Below, in pieces: positions 45,332 to 54,155 of a stretch of 64,000 bases of DNA. The notes under the pieces are model-generated. The model was not told the origin of the DNA. It saw nothing but the letters and a program-made list of their open reading frames with translations, and did no database searches. Numbering within the stretch: the stretch's first letter is position 1; every line of letters starts with the position of its first letter. Position numbers and translations under genes: made by a program. This stretch comes from Candidatus Rariloculaceae bacterium (lineage in GTDB: Bacteria; Pseudomonadota; Gammaproteobacteria; Steroidobacterales; Rariloculaceae). The DNA lies in contig OZ245000.1 of NCBI GenBank assembly GCA_965223375.1, positions 3,163,092-3,227,091 of the forward strand. The letters are read 5' to 3'.

Positions 45332-46111
45332 GTGAGCTACAACCCGTTTTCCGGTCTGCCGTGTCGGCCCTTGCTGTCGGTAACCACGCTGGCAGTGCTG
45401 TCGGTTGTGGCGACGCCGGCCCGGGCTCAGTCAGGGGGCGCCGTGCCCGATATCGCCGGTGTCTGGCAGTGGGGACAGTGCACCGGGGAAAACGGTTTCG
45501 GCTGCATGCTGCTCGAGGAAGACGATGATCTGCTGACCCGCCGGGCGCGCGCATATCGGGATGCCATCGACGAGGTTGCGCAGCCGAAGTACGACTGCGC
45601 GCCGATGCCGATTCCTCACATGTGGACGGATCCGTATTCGCACCGGATCGAACAATTCGATGACCGCGTGGTTTTCACCTACGGCAAGGACGACGTCGTG
45701 CGAACCGCATGGCTCGAGGGCAGCGATCACGATGAGCCGGCGGTCGGCGACTTCTACTACTTCGGCCATTCGCACGGACGCTACGTGGATGACGCGCTCA
45801 TCGTCGAGACCGCGAAGTTTACGTTCGACCCCCAGGGGCTCAACGCGGACTTCAAGATTCCATCGTCCACGCAGAAGAAGGTCACCGAAAGATACTCCCG
45901 GAACGGCGACGACCTCGTTCTCGAAGTGACGACGATCGACACGTTTTTTCTGCGCGAGCCATGGGTATTCGAGATCCGGTCGGCGCCGGATCCCGCACCG
46001 CTGGCGCTACCGTGGAATTGCGATCTCGAGGGCGCCAGGCATACGCTGCAGCTGCTGCCGAGCAGCTATCCGGACGACCCCCCGATCGAGCGGATCGAGT
46101 ACGAACAATGA
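45332..46111 (+). CDS. Exported stand-alone C-module protein (divergent GHSxG...VxT family member)
   Basis: GTG start at 45332 (GGAG upstream). The signal peptide reads ...LLSVTTLAVLSVVATPARAQ. It carries DIAGVWQW, KYDCAP, FGHSHGRYVDDALIVETAKF, KKVTERYS and WNCDLE. Its stop overlaps the next start (ATGA). Confidence 0.7.
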   Translation: MSYNPFSGLPCRPLLSVTTLAVLSVVATPARAQSGGAVPDIAGVWQWGQCTGENGFGCMLLEEDDDLLTRRARAYRDAIDEVAQPKYDCAPMPIPHMWTDPYSHRIEQFDDRVVFTYGKDDVVRTAWLEGSDHDEPAVGDFYYFGHSHGRYVDDALIVETAKFTFDPQGLNADFKIPSSTQKKVTERYSRNGDDLVLEVTTIDTFFLREPWVFEIRSAPDPAPLALPWNCDLEGARHTLQLLPSSYPDDPPIERIEYEQ

Positions 46112-46515
46112 GCATTGGACCGATGAAAAATCTCAAACTTCCGGCCGGCATGGTTTGTGCAGCCATCCTTCTTGCGGGGTCTTCCGCAACGGCGCATCAC
46201 AGCACGAACGGTATCTACAACGAAGATGAGCTCATCGAGCTGACCGGCACGGTCCGTGAGTGGCGCTTCGTAAATCCGCACCCGAGTCTGTTGATCGAAG
46301 TGACGACGACTGCCGGCGAGACGCAGGTCTGGGATGTCAGCTACGGCGGGCGCGCGGTACCGCATATGACGAGCGCCGGCTACACGGCCGATACGTTTCA
46401 GCCAGGCGACGTCATCGTCGTGAGCGGTTACGCGGCGAAAGTTGAGACGGCTTTCGGTCTGTTGATTCGCGGCAATCCGGTCAGGGAAGACGGGTCGCCC
46501 ATCCCGGACGAGTAA
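46108..46515 (+). CDS. Exported stand-alone N-module protein (DUF6152-like, AHH...NPH)
   Basis: MSIGPMKNLKLPAGMVCAAILLAGSSATA|HHSTNGIY...FVNPHPSLLIEV.... 135 aa, translationally coupled to the preceding gene. Confidence 0.75.
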   Translation: MSIGPMKNLKLPAGMVCAAILLAGSSATAHHSTNGIYNEDELIELTGTVREWRFVNPHPSLLIEVTTTAGETQVWDVSYGGRAVPHMTSAGYTADTFQPGDVIVVSGYAAKVETAFGLLIRGNPVREDGSPIPDE

Positions 46516-46544
46516 CACCCGGGCCTGCCGGGCCCCTCCCACGC

Positions 46545-48716
46545 CTACGGGCCGCTGCTGAACGCGTCCAGCACCCAGGCGCTTACGTCGGTAATCTGCT
46601 GCGCGCTCAGGGCGGCGCCAAAGGCCGGCATATCGTTGCGGCCTTCGCGGACGATGCCTGCGACCTGTGCGATGTCGCCGAGTGCATCCAGCGGCATGCC
46701 GCCGCCATGCCCGCCGCGGCCGTCGTCGCCATGGCACGGCAGGCAGGTCTGGCGGTAGAGCTCGGCGCCACGCGTCAGGTCAGGCTCACCGGTTGCCGGT
46801 GCTGCCATCGACACCGCCGGCAGCAGCGACGTGTCGCCGGGCGCCGCTTCATCGAGCGTGCCGTTCAGTCCGAAGAGCCACACGCTGTCGCCGCGCGGCG
46901 AGCCGATCAGCGCGTTGCCGGCCGACAGGATCACGACATACTGCTCGCCGTCGTGCTCGAAAACGCTTGCCGGGGTGTTTAGCCCGGCACCGGTCTGAAA
47001 CTCCCAGAGCAGGCTGCCGTCGTCGGCATCGAGTGCCATCAGGCGGCCGTCGTTGCGGCCGGTGAAGATCAACCCGCCAGCCGTAGCCACCGACCCGCTA
47101 TAGCACTGGTCCGGCCATTGCACGCGCCAGGCGGCGGTATTCGTCTTCACGTCCATCGCGACGAACTGGCCCATCCGCGGCAGCCGCGGGTTGCCGGCGC
47201 GCCCGCCGGTCCACGACTGGTTGAAATCCGGTGGTACGTCCATGGTTAGATGTCCGCCCGTGAACGTGCCCGCGAAATCGGATGCGCAAACGAACAGCAA
47301 TTCGCGCTCGGGATCGTACGAATTCGGCGGCCAGCTCGCGCCTCCCCAGATGCTGGGTCGGGCGATGACGGGATCCGGGCCGAAGAACGGTGTGAAAATC
47401 CGACCCTGATTGACGAGCTCGAAGCCGAGCGGGGCGACGTCGACGTGCTGCGGTACGACCGGGTCACCGATCGGATACGGCTGCGTAGCGGCAGTTGCCT
47501 GGCGGGGCTCCTGTGGCACCGGCCGTTCCTCGATCCCGATCAGCGGCTCGCCGGTCTCGCGGTCGAGGATGTACGCGAAGCCGGTCTTGCCGACTTCGAC
47601 GATGCCGCGGCGCAGCCGGCCCTCGAGCTCGACGTCGAACAACAGCACCGGGTTGCTCGCGTCGTAGTCCCAGATGTCGTGATGCACCTGCTGGAAGTGC
47701 CAGCGGTATTCGCCGGTGTGCAGATCGACTGCGACGATGGACGACGAGTACAGATTGTCGCCCGGCCGAATCGCTCCGGAATAGTCGGGGCCTGGATTCG
47801 CCGTCGAAAAGTAGACCATGCCGAGCGCAGGATCGATCGCCGGTGTCTGCCAGACGGCGGCACCGCCGTGCTGCCAGACGTCGCTGTCGGCAGGCCAGGT
47901 GTCGTGACCCGGCTCGCCGGGGCCGGGAATCGTGTAGAACGTCCAGACCAGCGAGCCATCCGAATCGTCATAGGCCTTCACGCGACCGCGGGTGCCGCGG
48001 TCGGCGCCCGCGAAGCCGGTGATCACGAGCCCCTCGTACCAGACCGGCGCGCTGGTAATTGTGAAGCCTTCCTGCCAGCGCTCGGCCTGGATCGACCAGA
48101 CCGGTCTGCCGGTGAGTTGATCGAGCGCGACGAGTCGGCCGTCGAGCTGGCCAATGAAAACCTTGCCGTCGCCGATTGCAACGCCACGATTCGTCCAGCC
48201 GCAGCAGACAGTCGTGATGCCGGGATCGAGGTTCGCCGTGTATTCCCAGAGAATGTCACCGGTCGCGACGCTCAGTGCGAACACGTCATTGGCGCCGGTC
48301 GAGACGTAGATGACGCCATCGTGAACGATTGGCGTTGCCTCGCCCGAAAATTTCGGGTCGAGGCCCGAGCCGTTCAGATGCGTTCGCCACACGCCTTTCA
48401 GTCCGCTGACGTTGCTTCGGTCGATACGTATGAGTGTGGAGTAGCGCTGATTGAACAGGTTGCCGCCATTGGTAAGCCAGTCCCGGGCTGGCGGTGCAAC
48501 GAGTGCTGCTGTGGAAAACGCCGGGGCCGCCGGAATCCGGTTCGAGTCTGTCGCGTGTTCCTCCGTGCGCGAGTCCGTCGTTACGGATTGAGCCGGAACG
48601 CCGCCGGCGATGACCGCGACGACGATGCCCGACAGACAGGGCGTAGCCCGGTGCGGCGCGCTCCGGCGACGCGCGGTGGCGCGACGGGTTTCCTCAGTCA
48701 GCGGCGCGAATGCCAC
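46545..48716 (-). CDS. Quinohemoprotein PQQ-dependent dehydrogenase (alcohol dehydrogenase type with C-terminal cytochrome c)
   Basis: 723 aa. It has a vicinal CC (TTVCCGW), a propeller with W-repeats and a C-terminal CLPCHG...DMPAF heme c domain. Its GTG start overlaps the upstream gene by 23 nt. Confidence 0.9.
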   Translation of the reverse strand: MAFAPLTEETRRATARRRSAPHRATPCLSGIVVAVIAGGVPAQSVTTDSRTEEHATDSNRIPAAPAFSTAALVAPPARDWLTNGGNLFNQRYSTLIRIDRSNVSGLKGVWRTHLNGSGLDPKFSGEATPIVHDGVIYVSTGANDVFALSVATGDILWEYTANLDPGITTVCCGWTNRGVAIGDGKVFIGQLDGRLVALDQLTGRPVWSIQAERWQEGFTITSAPVWYEGLVITGFAGADRGTRGRVKAYDDSDGSLVWTFYTIPGPGEPGHDTWPADSDVWQHGGAAVWQTPAIDPALGMVYFSTANPGPDYSGAIRPGDNLYSSSIVAVDLHTGEYRWHFQQVHHDIWDYDASNPVLLFDVELEGRLRRGIVEVGKTGFAYILDRETGEPLIGIEERPVPQEPRQATAATQPYPIGDPVVPQHVDVAPLGFELVNQGRIFTPFFGPDPVIARPSIWGGASWPPNSYDPERELLFVCASDFAGTFTGGHLTMDVPPDFNQSWTGGRAGNPRLPRMGQFVAMDVKTNTAAWRVQWPDQCYSGSVATAGGLIFTGRNDGRLMALDADDGSLLWEFQTGAGLNTPASVFEHDGEQYVVILSAGNALIGSPRGDSVWLFGLNGTLDEAAPGDTSLLPAVSMAAPATGEPDLTRGAELYRQTCLPCHGDDGRGGHGGGMPLDALGDIAQVAGIVREGRNDMPAFGAALSAQQITDVSAWVLDAFSSGP

Positions 48717-49446
48717 GGCTTTCCTCGTGCTCGATCCACATGCCCTCGGTGCACTCGTATTCGAGCATGCGTATGCCCGGTGGCGCTGCCCGGTAGTATT
48801 GCCGCACGACGACCGGCTCCGAATACATCACCGGGTCGGTAATCGTCAGCTCGTTGACCAGCGCGGCCCCGCCGTCGATCGCGCGAATCCGTTCCGTAAC
48901 GTGTACCTGGTCGCTATGCGGCACCGAGCCGAAAGTAATCGCTTTGATGGCCGTCGTGTCGACCACCAGCGTGTCGCCTTCCCAGCGACCGATCGAATGT
49001 CCGTTGCGCTGCGGGAACGGGCGCTCCGGGTGCGCCGAACGATCGAGGTAGATGCGTCTTACCTGCTGATGCAGCTCCATCAGGAAGGTGACCTGGCGTG
49101 GTGTGACGATGATCTCTACCGGGTAGTCTGCCCCGCCAAGAGCGAGTGACGGCATGCCGGGCGACTGACAGAAGCGGCCCGGGTCGTCTTCTATCGGGTC
49201 GTGGCTCGCTCGCCATGCGGTCACGATCTCCCGGCCTGCCGGTGTATACGGCGGATCCGCTGGGAAGCGCTCGCTGCGGCTCGCGTCGGGCTGCCAGATA
49301 CCGGCAATCGTCGGATCATTCGTCGCCTGCTGCCCGGCCACGGGCAGAGCGATTGCGACAGCCAGCAGCGCGAGCAGTGCCCGGCCGGTCTTCGCTGCGC
49401 TGACTTTGGTGCCGGCAGCGGCAATGCTCAGGCGCCTGCCGGTCAC
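48694..49446 (-). CDS. Exported stand-alone C-module protein
   Basis: 250 aa. It carries IAGIWQPD, FCQSPGMP, GHSIGRWEGDTLVVDT, VHVTERI and YECTEG. Its GTG start overlaps the upstream stop (GTGA). Confidence 0.8.
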   Translation of the reverse strand: MTGRRLSIAAAGTKVSAAKTGRALLALLAVAIALPVAGQQATNDPTIAGIWQPDASRSERFPADPPYTPAGREIVTAWRASHDPIEDDPGRFCQSPGMPSLALGGADYPVEIIVTPRQVTFLMELHQQVRRIYLDRSAHPERPFPQRNGHSIGRWEGDTLVVDTTAIKAITFGSVPHSDQVHVTERIRAIDGGAALVNELTITDPVMYSEPVVVRQYYRAAPPGIRMLEYECTEGMWIEHEESRGIRAAD

Positions 49447-49931
49447 CGGCCAAATGCCGTGCCGTCATCGAGGACGATCGACCACATGTACATCTCGTTC
49501 ATGCCCCGGGCGCTCGGGTTGCCGACACAGGTGACCCGCAGGCCGCTTTTGAGGCGGTCGATGTCCCAGCCGCGACGGAGCAGCAGGTTGACGCTGCTGA
49601 ATTCGATCTGCCACACCGTGCCATCGCCATCGCCATCGCCATCGCCATCGCCATCGCCATCGCCATCGCCATTGCCATCGCCATCGGCGTCGCCATCGGC
49701 GTCGCTAGCAGTGACGCGCAGTGCCATGACCGAGTGCGGATTACGCACATCGACGCTCGCGATCGTGCCGGTCAGCGTGAAGTCGGTGACATCGAGGTCG
49801 TAGGCAACCGGCGAGTGATGCGCGAGCGCCGGCATGACGATCGATGCTGCGCCGATCGACGCCGTGCCGGTCACGATGGCGAGCGCCGCGACGGCCGGTG
49901 CGTGCAGATGGGCTTTCCCGCGACTGATCAT
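49443..49931 (-). CDS. Exported stand-alone N-module protein (DUF6152-like) carrying a (Gly-Asp)n insertion
   Basis: Trimmed to MISRGKAHLHAPAVAALAIVTGTASIGAASIVMPALA|HHSPVAYD (RBS AGGAGA). It carries VRNPHSV and LLRRGW, plus the run DADGDADGDGNGDGDGDGDGDGDGDGDG. Confidence 0.75.
   Translation of the reverse strand: MISRGKAHLHAPAVAALAIVTGTASIGAASIVMPALAHHSPVAYDLDVTDFTLTGTIASVDVRNPHSVMALRVTASDADGDADGDGNGDGDGDGDGDGDGDGDGTVWQIEFSSVNLLLRRGWDIDRLKSGLRVTCVGNPSARGMNEMYMWSIVLDDGTAFGR
49621..49704 (-). repeat. Hexanucleotide microsatellite (CCATCG/GCCATC)n, 8 perfect + 6 imperfect units, in frame
   Basis: ccatcg occurs 8 times consecutively at 49621-49668. The following units are ccattg, ccatcg, ccatcg, gcgtcg, ccatcg, gcgtcg. 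Confidence 0.95.
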
Positions 49932-50191
49932 GCGGTCTCCTGATTCCGAACCTGTTTTACCGTCAGTCGGCGCGGCTGCGCAAGCCGGGTTGCGTTGGGG
50001 GCACGGCGTCAAACTGAGGCAGCGCCTGCGTTGGCGCAGGATTGCGGTTTCACAGGCTGCCGCCTATCGTTGTCGGCTCCGATCGACGGCGCACGGAGCC
50101 ACGCGGTGCTCAGGCAGGGAGCGCGGCGAAGGTGCCCGACGACGGGCCACGCGATGCACGGCGCGACGGGCGTTCCGGGGAGGGCAAGTCC

Positions 50192-51250
50192 ATGACCGCG
50201 ACGAGAATGACCGCGACGAGACGAGACCTGCTGACCGGCGTTGCCGGGACGGCAATGACTGCGCTGATGCCACGGAGGTCGCCGGCGCAGAGCGACATCT
50301 CGCCGGTAGCGGTCGAACGCGACTGGTCGGGCGAGCGGCCGCTTCCGTATCCGGACCCGGACATCATCGCGCTCGACGATCGGTTTCGCCGCTACATCCT
50401 GTTCAATACGCCGATCGTCCGGCTGCACACCGGCACGCTCTGGGCCGAAGGTCCGGCCTGGAACGGTGTCGGTCGCTACCTCGTCTGGAGCGATATCCCG
50501 AACAACGTCCAGATGCGGATGATCGCTGACGACTCCCGGGTGACCCGGTTCCGGGCGCCATCCGGCCACAGTAACGGCAACACGTTCGATTTCGGCGGTC
50601 GGCAGTTGTCGTGTGAGCATGGTGGCCGGCGGGTCGTTCGCTACGAGCGCGACGGCACGCAGACCGTGATCGCCGAGCGCTATCAGGGCCGTCGACTCAA
50701 CTCGCCGAATGATGTCGTCGTGCACCCCGACGGCAGCGTCTGGTTCACCGACCCGATCTACGGTATCCGGGGCAACTACGAAGGCTTCGCCGCGGAGTCG
50801 GAAACCAGGGAGGCGGTGTACAGGGTCGACGGGGCGAACGGCCGCATCGAGCTCGTCACCGATGAGGTCGTACAGCCGAACGGGCTGTGCTTTTCTCCGG
50901 ATTACTCCGTGCTATACGTGGCCGACACGGGCAGCGGCGAGACGAAAGCCTGGGACGTCGACGGCACGAGACTCCGCAACGGCCGGCGCTTCACGCAGCT
51001 CGAGCAGCCCGGCGGCGCGCCGTCCGCTGCTGACGGTATTCGCTGCGATGCGGACGGCAACGTCTGGGCCGGTGCGCGGCCTGGCGTCCAGATCGTCGCC
51101 CCGGACGGCGACGCGATCGGGCTGATCCGGTTGCCGGAGGTTTGTGCCAACGTCGCGTTCGGTGGTGCGCGTCGGAATCGACTCTTCATGACGGCGAGCC
51201 AGTCGCTCTATGCGGTTTACGTGGGCGTCGCCGGCGCCCACATTTGCTGA
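50192..51250 (+). CDS. SMP-30/gluconolactonase/LRE family protein, Tat-exported
   Basis: Trimmed to MTATRMTATRRDLLTGVAGTAMTAL. It carries LWAEGPAWNGVGRYLVWSDIPNN, NSPNDVVVHPDGSVWFTDP, PNGLCFSPD and DGIRCDADGNVW. Confidence 0.85.
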   Translation: MTATRMTATRRDLLTGVAGTAMTALMPRRSPAQSDISPVAVERDWSGERPLPYPDPDIIALDDRFRRYILFNTPIVRLHTGTLWAEGPAWNGVGRYLVWSDIPNNVQMRMIADDSRVTRFRAPSGHSNGNTFDFGGRQLSCEHGGRRVVRYERDGTQTVIAERYQGRRLNSPNDVVVHPDGSVWFTDPIYGIRGNYEGFAAESETREAVYRVDGANGRIELVTDEVVQPNGLCFSPDYSVLYVADTGSGETKAWDVDGTRLRNGRRFTQLEQPGGAPSAADGIRCDADGNVWAGARPGVQIVAPDGDAIGLIRLPEVCANVAFGGARRNRLFMTASQSLYAVYVGVAGAHIC

Positions 51251-51302
51251 CCCGAAACTCTCACTGACCCGAGACTGCGCCGCCGGCATCGCGTCGCGCG
51301 GC

Positions 51303-52442
51303 TCAGTCGGGTGCGGCCGTAGGCGTCAGGTCCTCGCACGGTTCCGACGCGTACGGCACGTTCGAGACGATCATCGTGCCGGAACCGGCATGAATCGTAT
51401 TGAAGAAGGCCGGGTCGTCCGCCTCGTAGTCCCGCGTCAGAGTCATCGCGTCGGTGTCGATCGAAAACCGCTCGACGACGTGCAGCCGATCGCTGTGCGG
51501 TGTCGTGCCGAGCAGCACGCCTGGCTCGAACGCCACTGTGTCGACGACCAGCACATCGCCTTCCCACCAGCCGATCGAATGTCCGGCCCAGGACGGGCGC
51601 AGACGGGCCGGATGCGTCGTTCGCGTCAGATCCACGACACGCTCGCGGCCATGCGCGCCATAAGCGATCGTGATCTGTTCGTCGCTCTGACTGATGCGGT
51701 TCACCGGTTCGCCGCCCCAGTCGGAGACGATGCTGCCGGCAACGCAGGACCTTTCGAGCCGCGGTATCGACAACAGGCGCTCTCGCTCCGCCTGTCCGGC
51801 CGCGGTCAGCTCGACGACACTCGGAAAACTGCGTGGCGCATTCGGATCGCGCACGATTTCCGCCTCTGGAGTGCCGCGCGCACCCGGAATCTCCTGCTGG
51901 CCTTCCGGCACACCGCCTACACCGAAGTCCGTTGCCCGCGACAGCGCCACCAGCGTGCCGTCCCGGCCTTTCGGGTCGGTCATTATCCGCTGCTCGACGG
52001 CCCAGTCGCCCGCCAGATTCGGCTTGCCGTTGGCGAGGCGCGCCGGCCGGTCGACCTCGACCTCCGCGTCGATCAGCTGTGAATAGCGGTCGAGGCTCGT
52101 CTCGCCATCAATGGTGATTGTGCTGACGTAACAGGCGCGCGGATCTATCCGGTCCGGTGAGCCCTGGATCGACACGCGTGTTCCGGGTGGAAACATTTCA
52201 GGGCGCCAGCCGGATCGGCGGAGTGTCGTCGCAGACCGCATCTCGCAGCGAAACTCGACCACGGAGCCGTCGTCCTGCGTGACCTCGAAGTTGAGCCATG
52301 AATGTGGATTGACGAAGTCGAGACCGGTAACGACCCCCGACAATTCGATGTCCTCATTCATCGCGAACGTTCCGAAGCCATGGTGGGCGGTCGCATTTCC
52401 GCCGATCGCCACGGCAAGAACGGCGAGCAGTTTCTTCGGCAT
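51303..52442 (-). CDS. Periplasmic fusion protein: N-module + C-module (second fused paralogue)
   Basis: MPKKLLAVLAVAIGGNATA|HHGFGTFA. It carries VNPHSWLNF, RRSGW, GHSIGWWEGDVLVVDT, LHVVERF and EPCEDL. Confidence 0.8.
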   Translation of the reverse strand: MPKKLLAVLAVAIGGNATAHHGFGTFAMNEDIELSGVVTGLDFVNPHSWLNFEVTQDDGSVVEFRCEMRSATTLRRSGWRPEMFPPGTRVSIQGSPDRIDPRACYVSTITIDGETSLDRYSQLIDAEVEVDRPARLANGKPNLAGDWAVEQRIMTDPKGRDGTLVALSRATDFGVGGVPEGQQEIPGARGTPEAEIVRDPNAPRSFPSVVELTAAGQAERERLLSIPRLERSCVAGSIVSDWGGEPVNRISQSDEQITIAYGAHGRERVVDLTRTTHPARLRPSWAGHSIGWWEGDVLVVDTVAFEPGVLLGTTPHSDRLHVVERFSIDTDAMTLTRDYEADDPAFFNTIHAGSGTMIVSNVPYASEPCEDLTPTAAPD

Positions 52443-52626
52443 CCTGTTCCCCCTGAAGCGCTGCGCACGTCGACGCTGTTATCGAGCCGCAGACATCGAT
52501 GCTGGCGGCAGATCGTCGGCCGGTCAAGCTTGCGTTCGCGGCCGGGATCGCTTCTGATTGACGCGCACAGGCGCGGACCGTCACGTCGGCGGGCAGACTG
52601 GCGGTCGAGCGTAGTCGGGGGAGCGA

Positions 52627-54141
52627 ATGACGGCGAAAACAACGGCGGTGGCAGCGGTTGCTGTCCTCGCGCTCGTCGCGTGCGTCGACGAGGGACCGGT
52701 CCGTGGCTCGTCATCGGGCGTCACGGAAGACACCGGGTCGGCAGCAGAGCAGGCGGCCGCGGCCGATTCGGGCGGCGCCACGCCGCCGGCAGACGCCGGC
52801 GACAGCCGGAGCGCCGGTCGGGGTGCGCCGCTGACGCCCGCCCTGCCGTTCCCGCGTGAGGACAACGCGAGCCTGAATCGTTTCCTCGCGGAGTATCCGG
52901 TGGTTGGCCCGTTTCGCGTCGAGATCCCGGCGACGGCAGATTCACCGGCCCGAACGGTCGATGTCGGCTCGGCATTCGATGGCGCAGTCCCCGCGGGTAT
53001 CGAGCCGCTACCGGTCGACATCTTCACGACGGCCGATTTCTATCAGGATCGGGAGTACTGGAGCGATCCACGCTACTTCCGCTGCAACAGCAGCCTGGCA
53101 CTCGAGCAGCAGCGCGGCGCGAGCCGATTCAGCGCGCCGACGATAGGCGACGATCCCGCCGCTGCGGCCTGGGGTTACTGTGACCGCGATTTTCCCCGCG
53201 AATCCATCGTGAGCCCGTATGCGTTCGGGACGGCAGAAGCGCACTACGACGCGCTGCGCCGAGAGGCGGTGGCGCGTGGCGGACCGACTGCGCACACGTA
53301 TGCGACCGTGCCCGCTGACTGGAACGGCCGCTACGGCAGGGTCAATCTGCAGACGGCTTTCGGCTCGTGGTACGGAATGCTCGTCAATCAGATTCCGACG
53401 ATCCTGTCGCTGCTGACCGAGGAGTATCAGCTGCGGATGGTGCAGCAGAACTACCACGAGGGCACGACGAACACGCCGCAGTGGCCCGGGCAGTACTGCT
53501 GGCCGGAAGGCTTCATGCGGCGGTTCCATTTCGCCGGCACGACGCAACGCTACATCATGGTGACGCCGAAGCTCGTGCAGGTTCTGAGCTCGTCGGCCGG
53601 CAACTTTCTCGTCAACATTCATATCGGCCGCGATTTCGACATGAGCGGGGCCGTTCCGCGACTCGGCGCCGATGTGCCGCGCTGGTTCGGCGAGACGATC
53701 GGTTTCTGGGACGAGGATGCGCTGATCACCTGGACATCGAACATCCAGGGGTGGGCCTCGCACGGCGTGTTCGAATTCTCGAGCCGAATGCAGACGATCG
53801 AGATCTATACGCCGCTGCGCGACACGAACGGTACGCTGACCGGGCTGCGCCACGAATCCGTGTTATATGACGATGAGGCGTTCGTGGAGCCGGTCAGGAT
53901 CGTTCGCGATCTCGAAAAGCTGAACGAGTTGGGCGAGGGCGAGACCTTCCAGTACGTCGAGTGCATCCGGCAGATCTTTCCGGTCGGTGGCCGGGCGCAG
54001 GCCGTGGCACCGGGGACCGTCATCGAAGACTATGTGGTTCCGGACATGTACGGCCGACCCTGGGCCGAAATCTGGCGGCGCTACTGGGAGCCCGGGATGG
54101 TGCCGCCGGACGGCGGCGACGATATATTCAGTTTCGACTAG
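52627..54141 (+). CDS. Lipoprotein, enlarged divergent member of the C-module family
   Basis: 504 aa with lipobox [38 protein letters not shown] and YVECI are collinear with the C-module landmarks. Confidence 0.65.
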   Translation: MTAKTTAVAAVAVLALVACVDEGPVRGSSSGVTEDTGSAAEQAAAADSGGATPPADAGDSRSAGRGAPLTPALPFPREDNASLNRFLAEYPVVGPFRVEIPATADSPARTVDVGSAFDGAVPAGIEPLPVDIFTTADFYQDREYWSDPRYFRCNSSLALEQQRGASRFSAPTIGDDPAAAAWGYCDRDFPRESIVSPYAFGTAEAHYDALRREAVARGGPTAHTYATVPADWNGRYGRVNLQTAFGSWYGMLVNQIPTILSLLTEEYQLRMVQQNYHEGTTNTPQWPGQYCWPEGFMRRFHFAGTTQRYIMVTPKLVQVLSSSAGNFLVNIHIGRDFDMSGAVPRLGADVPRWFGETIGFWDEDALITWTSNIQGWASHGVFEFSSRMQTIEIYTPLRDTNGTLTGLRHESVLYDDEAFVEPVRIVRDLEKLNELGEGETFQYVECIRQIFPVGGRAQAVAPGTVIEDYVVPDMYGRPWAEIWRRYWEPGMVPPDGGDDIFSFD

Positions 54142-54155
54142 ATTGGCACAGGCGA

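Noticed and set aside
45465-45480. GGGGACAGTG inside gene 45332-46111 as a third copy of the palindrome motif.
   Set aside because: Only a 10-nt match, inside coding sequence (WQWGQCTG). This is compatible with chance at this GC content.
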